Assembly: GCA_000995065.1 (NCBI GenBank)
Contig: LBWX01000001.1
Coordinates: 223,563 to 287,562, forward strand
Length of the DNA: 64,000 nt
Source: a candidate division CPR2 bacterium GW2011_GWC2_39_35
Lineage (GTDB): Bacteria; Patescibacteriota; CPR2
Direction of reading: 5' to 3'
Every line of letters begins with the position of its first letter. The stretch's first letter is position 1. The notes beneath the pieces were generated by a model. The model searched no databases, was not told where the DNA came from, and saw only the letters and a program-made list of their open reading frames with translations. The position numbers were made by a program, and so were the translations under genes. Below, in pieces: positions 45,975 to 53,460 of this stretch.

Positions 45975-46550
45975 TCACCTCTCAACCTTCACCACTCCCC
46001 CATGTCCGGGGATTATCCAGTCGGCAAGTTCTAGAATTTTTTTGCGACTCCCTTCTAAGGCTTCCGGATTGCTGATATACGGATCATCAACGGGGGTAAA
46101 ATCTTCATACCACCAAAGGTCGCCGGCAACACACACCACACCTTTATCCGTATCAACAAGCAATGAAGCATGCTGGTCTTCTTGCCCGTGGCCCGGAGTG
46201 GCAATTCTCTTAACGCCCGGAGCAATTCCCAATTCTTTACTTTCGTCAAAACGGTGTTCGTCCGCTTTATGAAAACCTACACCATCAATTACCGTGGCAT
46301 TCTTAAAGAAAGGGATGTCTCTTGTGTGGTCTAAATGCTCATGGGTTGTAAATACGTGGGTTATGTCATCCGGGGTTAAATTGAACTTCTTTAAAGCTTG
46401 CACATACAGATCTGTTGACTTATGGGTTCCCGGATCAACAACAATATTAAATTCGCCCGATCTTACCAAAGTAGTGGTTGAGGCGTATTTGTGCAATTCT
46501 TCACTTACCTCTTGGTTGTAGCCTTTAATTAAAATGTCTACTTGCGCCAT
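45975..46550 (-). CDS. MBL-fold hydrolase (MBLAC1-like)
   Basis: THEHLDH, TPGH, AGD and IIPGHG motifs. Confidence 0.88.
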   Translation of the reverse strand: MAQVDILIKGYNQEVSEELHKYASTTTLVRSGEFNIVVDPGTHKSTDLYVQALKKFNLTPDDITHVFTTHEHLDHTRDIPFFKNATVIDGVGFHKADEHRFDESKELGIAPGVKRIATPGHGQEDQHASLLVDTDKGVVCVAGDLWWYEDFTPVDDPYISNPEALEGSRKKILELADWIIPGHGGVVKVER

Positions 46551-46565
46551 ATTTAATCTCCCCAT

Positions 46566-46619
46566 TTAATACTGCCTACCCCCTCCTGTAACGATTATGA
46601 GTTTATCTTTTAGTAACAC
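46566..46619 (-). pseudogene. N-terminal remnant of a short-chain dehydrogenase
   Basis: Translates to MLLKDKLIIVTGGGRQY*, an SDR Rossmann start (…KxxIVTGGGR) that stops early. Confidence 0.5.
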
Positions 46620-46678
46620 AGTAATCTCTTTTTTTATCTCCGATAATTATAATATTTTCAGCCGAAAACAAGAGATAT

Positions 46679-47275
46679 TTACAAGCCTACCTCTTCGACT
46701 ATTCCTTTCATGGAATTCAGGCAGATTTCAATAAATTTTTCCAATGGCATATTTAGACCTTCTGGGTTTTGGCACATAGCCACTTCGTCCCTTCTGGTGC
46801 CGGCGGCAAAGCTTGGCTGCTTTAGGAAACGTTTTGTTACTGATGATAGTTTGACGTCCTCTAATTTTTTGGAAGGCAAAATAAGGGCAACGGCAACAAT
46901 AAGTCCGGTAAGGCTATCGCAGCAAAAAATTGACCAATCGGCTTTAGAATCGAGCGGCTCATTAGTGTATCTGGCAGCATGGGCTTTGATAATGCTTATC
47001 ACAGCTTCCGGAGCCCCAAGGCCATATTTCTCCAGAGCTTCTTTAGTCTTATAAGGGTGTTCATCCTTAAATTCCCCGGCATAGTCAATGTCGTGTAAAA
47101 GTCCGGCCAAAAGCCAATCTTCCCTTGGGGGCTCATTTGTGTCTAACAAGCCATTGGATTCAAAATAATCATACAATCCACCCATACAGGCTTCTACCGC
47201 CAAAGAATGGTTTAAAATATTAGGCTCCAATTGTTCTTTTAAAACCTGAAGATAATTTTGACGATTGTATGCCAT
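46679..47275 (-). CDS. HD-domain (HDIG-like) phosphohydrolase
   Basis: HSLAVEA, GLLHDID and DSLTGLI motifs. Confidence 0.88.
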   Translation of the reverse strand: MAYNRQNYLQVLKEQLEPNILNHSLAVEACMGGLYDYFESNGLLDTNEPPREDWLLAGLLHDIDYAGEFKDEHPYKTKEALEKYGLGAPEAVISIIKAHAARYTNEPLDSKADWSIFCCDSLTGLIVAVALILPSKKLEDVKLSSVTKRFLKQPSFAAGTRRDEVAMCQNPEGLNMPLEKFIEICLNSMKGIVEEVGL

Positions 47276-47842
47276 ATTTTCTCCTAATTATAATTGCATC
47301 AGCTGTGCCTTATTATAGCATAAATCTCATTTTATGATTTTTAAATCAAATAAATCTAGACCAAAAAAACGTACGATCATGAGCTTTTGCACTGGATATT
47401 AACCCCTAATACCTTTAAACTACAAAGAAATTATCTATAATGTTAACAAATACCCCACGATCGTGGAGTATTTTTAATGAAAAAACAGAAGTACTTTTCT
47501 TAAGCTGTCACTTGGAACCTTACCCTCACACCCCCAAAAGAATAAAAATGCCTCAAAGGGCATTTCAATTTTTCTTGGCTGCCTAAATGCACTTTCTTTC
47601 GAACTCTTTTTGGAGTGGGTTGATAGGATAAGGAAGGTGTATAAACAGCTGAATTAAGTATCACTAAATAAAAAGCGCCCAGACAAGACCATTGATTGAG
47701 ATATGATTCCTCAATATAGTCCCATCTGGGCACACTTGCATGCTGAGTATATTCTTGCTATTTCGCCTCGATTAAATCTCAAGACTATTTCTATAAAGTC
47801 GCTCCCAGAAAATCCAACAGATATGTCATCAAGGTAATACCG

Positions 47843-48256
47843 TTACAGCCCGAGTTCCTTTGCACCATTCTCTAAAGCTTTGCTTCCTATTTCTCCGGGA
47901 AGCCCAGCGAAAGAAAAGATGTAGACACCAGCCCTCACAACTCTAATAGCTGTGGTCACTGAGTCTAAGGCAGGACTATTGATGATCCGGTAAGCATCGG
48001 GATGATGCGTAAGCAGAAAAGCAACGTCTCGCACGGCCTCGTAATACCTCTCGGCGGCAACCAAAGTAACTTCGCCTATAAGCCCAGAGTACAGAGGCAG
48101 CTTTATCCTTGCGCTTTCCTCGGTGAAAACGCCTACATAACCGCCTTTATACATCGGGTCGTTAAGCTCCTCGATCGCTTTTAACAGTGATTTGAAAAGC
48201 GTTTCAATAACCACTCCAAGGTCATTATTCCCGACCGTATCCGATAGCTTTTTCAA
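47843..48256 (-). CDS. Hypothetical protein
   Basis: 137-aa ORF overlapping the proB end, with a GAGGAGGTG RBS. Confidence 0.65.
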   Translation of the reverse strand: MKKLSDTVGNNDLGVVIETLFKSLLKAIEELNDPMYKGGYVGVFTEESARIKLPLYSGLIGEVTLVAAERYYEAVRDVAFLLTHHPDAYRIINSPALDSVTTAIRVVRAGVYIFSFAGLPGEIGSKALENGAKELGL

Positions 48257-49067
48257 TTAAGTTCACCTCCTCTTGACAATAGAATTCTGTTCCGTAATGT
48301 GCTCCATTAAGAAGCAGGCCTGTAATCAAACCTGGCTTATTAATATTTAAGACGTATGCCTTTCTCTCGCCTGGTTTTGCTGAAACAAAGTCCCAACAAT
48401 ACCTTACTTTTGTCACCATTCCGCCCGTTCCAACTGCGCTGCAATCTCCAGTAGCAATGCAACGGATTTCATCTGAAAGTTCACGAACGTATGGGATCAG
48501 CTTTGCATCTGGATTGCCGTTGGGGTTATCTGTATGCAAGCCATCCACATTAGTGAATAAAGCCAGGGTACCAGCATCAATTGCTTCAGCAATCATGTAT
48601 GCCGTGTGATCGTTGCCATTGAGTTTTTCCTCAGCCTCTAATTCTTCACTCGCGACAAAATCGTTGTAGTTGAAAATCGGTATAGCGCCCATCGACCATG
48701 TCTCGAATACTGAGTCTCGAATGTCTGCCATGGCTTTAGCGGTTTTAAAGTTATCCTCGGTTACTAGGCCTTGAATAACCAATGTATTACCAAAGTGCTT
48801 TTGATAGATATTCATCAGCTTGCACTGGCCGACACCTGAAAGTACTCGTCTTTTAACTTGATCGCTAGGGATGCCCCATAAACCGACGATTTCAGCACCT
48901 ATTGATAATGCGCCAGAAGTGACAATTGCCACTCTGTAACCATTTTGCGACAGGTTCTTTACATCTTCTACGATATGGGAAATAACGTCTTCATTCACTC
49001 CTCCGGGATCAGTCAGGCCTTCGCTGCCGAATTTTAAGACAATCCTCTTATTCTTATTGCCGTTCAA
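48225..49067 (-). CDS. proB: Glutamate 5-kinase-like (no PUA domain)
   Basis: RIVLKFGS, VTSGA, GVGQ, NDH, TNVDGL and GTGGMVTK motifs. Confidence 0.85.
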   Translation of the reverse strand: MNGNKNKRIVLKFGSEGLTDPGGVNEDVISHIVEDVKNLSQNGYRVAIVTSGALSIGAEIVGLWGIPSDQVKRRVLSGVGQCKLMNIYQKHFGNTLVIQGLVTEDNFKTAKAMADIRDSVFETWSMGAIPIFNYNDFVASEELEAEEKLNGNDHTAYMIAEAIDAGTLALFTNVDGLHTDNPNGNPDAKLIPYVRELSDEIRCIATGDCSAVGTGGMVTKVRYCWDFVSAKPGERKAYVLNINKPGLITGLLLNGAHYGTEFYCQEEVNLIEKAIGYGRE

Positions 49068-49321
49068 TTATTACCCCTCCCATAACAAGAATATTTTTTA
49101 TAATGACAAGCTGCCTTCAAACGCTTAAAGGCAATTTGCCATTATAAAGCAGGGGCATTTTTTAAGGAACTGTTGACTGCTAATCATACCATAATTTTGT
49201 TGATTTGGCGAGGTTTTTGCGGAATTTTGAGTAACTGACTAAAGCCAAGAGTTCGAATCCCGTTTACCTTAACAACCATTTGAGGGTGAATTGCCTGTTT
49301 TTAAAGAAATTAATCGAACTC

Positions 49322-49347
49322 AAAAAAAGACCCATTTCAAGGTCTTT
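49322..49347 (-). terminator. Intrinsic terminator
   Basis: AAAGACC…GGTCTTTTTTT on the minus strand. Confidence 0.7.
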
Positions 49348-49356
49348 CTATATTTC

Positions 49357-49450
49357 AGCCGGGGTGCGTCCCTTTTAGCTGGGGAGGAGGCCGGCCTTCG
49401 GCCGATCACCCGTAGGGCGAGATTCTCACCGCAGCTCACTGCTTTTAGCT
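49357..49450 (-). ncRNA. Unclassified GC-rich structured RNA candidate (~90 nt)
   Basis: Closing stem AGCTGCGGTG/CACCCCGGCT with hairpins TCGCCC-TACG-GGTGA, CGGCC-GAA-GGCCG and TCCC…GGGA. TAATAT lies just upstream and a terminator just downstream. Confidence 0.55.
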
Positions 49451-49582
49451 ATATTATCCGAATGTTTATCAAATTCTAAGCGCTTTAGGTATCACCATTG
49501 TCATCTTGAACGTTTATCTCGGGGGTCTCACCCTCCATCCCCAAAGAAAATAAATACACCCTCTCGGGTGTCTTCATTTTCT

Positions 49583-49657
49583 TGGCTGGGGTGGTAGGAC
49601 TCGAACCTACGAATGGCGGCTCCAAAAACCGCTGCCTTACCACTTGGCTACACCCCA
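49583..49657 (-). tRNA. tRNA-Gln(TTG)
   Basis: TGGGGTGTAGCCAAGTGGTAAGGCAGCGGTTTTTGGAGCCGCCATTCGTAGGTTCGAGTCCTACCACCCCAGCCA folds as a cloverleaf with encoded CCA. Hairpin at 49546-49581 downstream. Confidence 0.96.
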
Positions 49658-50344
49658 TTAAATATTTTTACTAATTCCTTTTATCCAGCCAGCAATCTGT
49701 CGATTAAAATTTGTACTCTTACTGACACACACTCTTATCAATCCATAATAATTTTTATTTATGTGCCTATTTGTCTTTGGCCGATGCCTTTTAAAAATCG
49801 TTTTTTCGAATTCTTCGATCGGAATATTAAGTTCGTTAGACCAATATTCTAAAGCTTTGACTTCATCAGCTGACTCATGAATATGTAATCTGCATTTTAT
49901 ATCTTTTGGTGAAATATCGCAAATTTTGGTTAGCCACATTAGAAACACTTTTAACATATCCGGATCGGAATTCCCAAAGAAAACTCTCTCGGAAACATTG
50001 TATTCTTTTTGTTTTGCGCCTTCAGCCCAATAAAGACAAACACCTATAAGCCAAAGCTCTCTTTTGCTTAAATTTCCAATTTCTTTCTGGGATCTCTCCA
50101 TGATTTCATTTGTTAACTTTATTCTTTTGTGTTTTATAGTTTCAATCGCTTTAAGATGCGCTTGCTTTCTTTTTTGGGTTAGTTTTTGTTTTTGTTTGTC
50201 AGCTAATCCAATATCTCTCAACCATAACGATAAGGACGATTTAGCAACCGGAACTTCAGCCAAGATTTCATTATAAGAATATCCTTGCTGTCTTAATTTT
50301 ATCGCTTGTAATCTTTCCTCGGTTTTAGAAATCATTTGAACCAC
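49658..50344 (-). CDS. HTH plus LAGLIDADG-like protein
   Basis: N-terminal HTH (LRQQGYSYNEI…VAKSSLSLW), then LYWAEG and FGNSDP. Stop codon abuts the tRNA 5' end. Confidence 0.75.
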   Translation of the reverse strand: MVQMISKTEERLQAIKLRQQGYSYNEILAEVPVAKSSLSLWLRDIGLADKQKQKLTQKRKQAHLKAIETIKHKRIKLTNEIMERSQKEIGNLSKRELWLIGVCLYWAEGAKQKEYNVSERVFFGNSDPDMLKVFLMWLTKICDISPKDIKCRLHIHESADEVKALEYWSNELNIPIEEFEKTIFKRHRPKTNRHINKNYYGLIRVCVSKSTNFNRQIAGWIKGISKNI

Positions 50345-50424
50345 ATTTATCTATATAAGATTATAATATTTATGGTTCATAGCTGTCAATCCTTTTAGCT
50401 TTTTATGCTAACAGCTTGTCTATT

Positions 50425-51714
50425 TTAAAACAAAACATTGATTTTGGCAATATTTTCTTTCTTGGCAGGAAACTTGCTCATTAGCATTAGCTCATCTCGA
50501 ATAAGTCTTGGGGTCAAAAAGTATTTCGAAACGATCTGCTTTCCGGCCCTCCCCATCTTTAAGCGAAGATGAGTATCTTCTAAGATCATGGCCATTCTCT
50601 TTGCGCATTCCATCGGCGAGTCAACCAAGCATCCGTTCTTGCCGTCAACAATTTGCAGTCTGATTCCTCCAACATTTCCGCCTATAACCGGCGTTTCTTT
50701 AAACATTGCCTCCGAAACCGTAAGCCCAAATCCCTCTTTAATGGATTTTTGCAAAATAATTTGCGATATGGTTTGAAAAGCATTAACTTGCTCCTCTGTT
50801 AGATCCTTAAGAATTTTTATATCCTTTTCTGTCTTAACATAATCCTTTAACTGCCTATAAATTGCCATGCCCTCAGGATCATCCGAAGCCGCCGAACCAA
50901 CTAAAGCTAGCTGAAGTTCTGGTATCCTTTTTTTAGTTATAATATAGGCCTTAATGACTCCTAGAGGATCTTTCCAGAGATCAAAGCGCGAGACCTGAGT
51001 TACAAGAGGCCGTCTGGTATCAACCCCCAATTTTTCAACAATTTTTCTTGCTCTAAGCTCGTCCATTTTTTTATTTTTTGGTGTTAAGGGATCGATAGCC
51101 GGAGGGATAACAAACCTTTTTTTGATTGGTAAGTCTCCAGGGATAAATTCCTTTAGAGAGAAAATACCGGCATCATACTCGTCTAAAAATCTTTTTAGGT
51201 AATCCCAAACAGCTTTGTTATTTGGGCTGACATGGATATGGCAGCGCCAAATAGCATTAAAATCCTTGCCGTCATAAAAGTGCGGTATTGCTAAAGGCTG
51301 AGGATCATGGAAAAAGACAAAATCCCATTGCTCTTTTTTCGCTTTTAATAAGTGCGCATTGTAAGCATTAACTCTTTCGTATAATTTCCTAGATTCCGAG
51401 TTTAAAACTATTTTGCCATTTCCCTGAAGCGCGTTATGCATGCCTTTAGTAATATCAAAGAATTCTTTTCCCGCCTCAATAACCTGCCAAGAGACATCTA
51501 AGCCCAAGTCGTGAAGCAATGGGACCTCGGAGCGCAGAATTTCGGCAACCCCTCCCCCGTTTGAGGTTGAATTAATATGAAGAATCCGAGCGCCTTTTAG
51601 GGGCTTTGCAAGCTCAATTAATTCCGAATAAAGCTCATCGGAAATAAGCCCCTTATAACTTCTTATGGATTTCGGATAGACCCTCACTTTTCGCATAGCT
51701 AGATATTCCCTCAT
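50425..51714 (-). CDS. treT: Trehalose glycosyltransferring synthase (TreT)-like GT4
   Basis: HINSTSNGGGVAEIL, HDPQP, WRCHI, QVSRFD.WKD and EGFGLTVSEA motifs. Confidence 0.8.
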   Translation of the reverse strand: MREYLAMRKVRVYPKSIRSYKGLISDELYSELIELAKPLKGARILHINSTSNGGGVAEILRSEVPLLHDLGLDVSWQVIEAGKEFFDITKGMHNALQGNGKIVLNSESRKLYERVNAYNAHLLKAKKEQWDFVFFHDPQPLAIPHFYDGKDFNAIWRCHIHVSPNNKAVWDYLKRFLDEYDAGIFSLKEFIPGDLPIKKRFVIPPAIDPLTPKNKKMDELRARKIVEKLGVDTRRPLVTQVSRFDLWKDPLGVIKAYIITKKRIPELQLALVGSAASDDPEGMAIYRQLKDYVKTEKDIKILKDLTEEQVNAFQTISQIILQKSIKEGFGLTVSEAMFKETPVIGGNVGGIRLQIVDGKNGCLVDSPMECAKRMAMILEDTHLRLKMGRAGKQIVSKYFLTPRLIRDELMLMSKFPAKKENIAKINVLF

Positions 51715-51777
51715 ATTTACGTTATAGGGCAAATGCTTACGTGTCAAGAATCAACTCTAACACAACCGAAACCGACG

Positions 51778-51900
51778 AATGAAGAATTAGGAATTAAGTA
51801 TTAAGTGTTTGGAATATTGAATATAGAATAAAGTGCGAGAGTTGCTAAATTTTTTTGTTCTGTATTCCTATGCTTTATTCTTTATACATTATTCTTGATT
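51778..51900. repeat. GAATWA/TATTC low-complexity imperfect inverted repeat
   Basis: GAAT-rich units then ATTC-rich units downstream of cysS; same style as 23440-23546. Confidence 0.55.
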
Positions 51901-51906
51901 CTGTTT

Positions 51907-53343
51907 TTAACCCTTGATTTTCTTCCACCTTACCCCCTTAGAGGTGTCTTCCAGCTCTATTCCGTGACGCAATAGCTCATCTCTGATCCTATCCGCTGTT
52001 TCCCAATCTTTTCTCCTTCTTGCATCTTCTCTTTCTAGGATCAGCTCGTCTAAGAATTCCGGCAAATCCTTGGAAGAAGGTCTTATCTTATCTAATCTTA
52101 GCTGCAAAACCTCATCCAAGTCGTACAGAAATGCCAGAATTGATTCCGACTGAGTTGTGTTAAGCTGAGTAAAAATTTTATTCACTTCTTTTATAAGCCC
52201 AAATATTTTTGACAAAGCAAGCGGCGTATTAAAATCATCATCCATCGACTGAATAAAATCTTCTCTCGTTTTAAGCGTTATTCCGCTAACATCTAAATTA
52301 TTAGGCTTGTCAGAGTCTACCAACTGTAATCTAGCCATAAAATCGTGCAATCCTTCAATCGAATTCTGACTTTCTTCAAACATTTTTTCATTAAAATCTA
52401 TTGTAGATCGATAGTGAGATTTTAATATCGCATATCTTATCACTTCCGGATCATGTTTTTGAAGTAATTCTCTTACTGTTGTAAAATTTCCTTTTGATTT
52501 ACTCATCTTTTCGCCACCAATATTGACCAAATTATAAAGCACCCAGTAATTAGCCATTGGCTTTCCAGTATAGGCCTCTGATTGAGCTTTCTCGTCTTCG
52601 TTGTGAGGAAAAATATTGTCTATTCCTCCACCGTGGATATCAAAAGTATCCCCAAGGTACTTGTAACTCATAACCGAACATTCGATATGCCAACCGGGGT
52701 AACCCAAACTCCAGGGGCTTTCCCATTTTAAAATGTGTTCTGGCTCTGCCTTTATCCACAAAGCAAAATCGGCCGGGTTTTGCTTCTCTTCTCGTATCTC
52801 GACTCTTGCTCCCGCTTCCATCTCTTCTAGTTTCCTGCCGGATAATTTGCCGTAATCCTTAAACTTTGCGACATCAAAATAGACCGATCCGTTAACCTCG
52901 TAAGCATACTTTTTTTGAATTAAAACTTTAACAAACTCTATTATCTCTTCTATGTGCTGACTGGGACGAGGAGCGATAGTTGCATCTTTTACCTGAAGCG
53001 CCCTAAAGTCCTCATAATAAGCATTAATATACTGATCGACTAACTCCATTGGATCGACTTTAGTTTCTTTGGCTCTCTTTTCGATCTTGTCTTCCCCCTC
53101 ATCTGCGTCGTCCGTTAAATGTCCGACATCCGTAAAATTCTGCACATAAGTAACTGCGTAGCCTCGCCATTCTAAATAACGCCTGATAACGTCCATCGAA
53201 ACATAACCTTTGGCATGACCTAAATGCGAATAATCGTAAACCGTTGGACCGCACACATACATCTTAATCTTCGTATCCTCAATCGGTTTAAATTCTTCCT
53301 TTGTCTTAGAAAGCGTATTGTAGATTTTCATGCCATTCTCCAT
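51907..53343 (-). CDS. cysS: Cysteine--tRNA ligase
   Basis: CGPTVY..SHLGH, PGWHIECS and KMSKS motifs. Confidence 0.98.
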   Translation of the reverse strand: MENGMKIYNTLSKTKEEFKPIEDTKIKMYVCGPTVYDYSHLGHAKGYVSMDVIRRYLEWRGYAVTYVQNFTDVGHLTDDADEGEDKIEKRAKETKVDPMELVDQYINAYYEDFRALQVKDATIAPRPSQHIEEIIEFVKVLIQKKYAYEVNGSVYFDVAKFKDYGKLSGRKLEEMEAGARVEIREEKQNPADFALWIKAEPEHILKWESPWSLGYPGWHIECSVMSYKYLGDTFDIHGGGIDNIFPHNEDEKAQSEAYTGKPMANYWVLYNLVNIGGEKMSKSKGNFTTVRELLQKHDPEVIRYAILKSHYRSTIDFNEKMFEESQNSIEGLHDFMARLQLVDSDKPNNLDVSGITLKTREDFIQSMDDDFNTPLALSKIFGLIKEVNKIFTQLNTTQSESILAFLYDLDEVLQLRLDKIRPSSKDLPEFLDELILEREDARRRKDWETADRIRDELLRHGIELEDTSKGVRWKKIKG

Positions 53344-53460
53344 TTATTATAAATTTAAAAACTGCTCTCCTTTAAAAAACAAAATACAATCTTTTTAAGA
53401 GTTACAAATTTAGTAGTTTTTGTCAATGTAAAAAGTAATCCCTAAAGCTATATTTAAAAC

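Noticed and set aside
39877-47275. Integron cassette array
   Set aside because: No attC-type RYYYAAC…GTTRRRY palindromes between genes and no integrase.
47500-47733. 77-aa ORF downstream of the proB partner
   Set aside because: No RBS or recognisable motif; cannot be supported as a gene.
49245-49275. GTTCGAATCCC T-loop-like sequence
   Set aside because: No acceptor, D or anticodon arms can be built; at most a remnant.
49291-49852. ORFs 49291-49479 and 49613-49852
   Set aside because: Antisense to the structured RNA, the tRNA and the LAGLIDADG-like gene.
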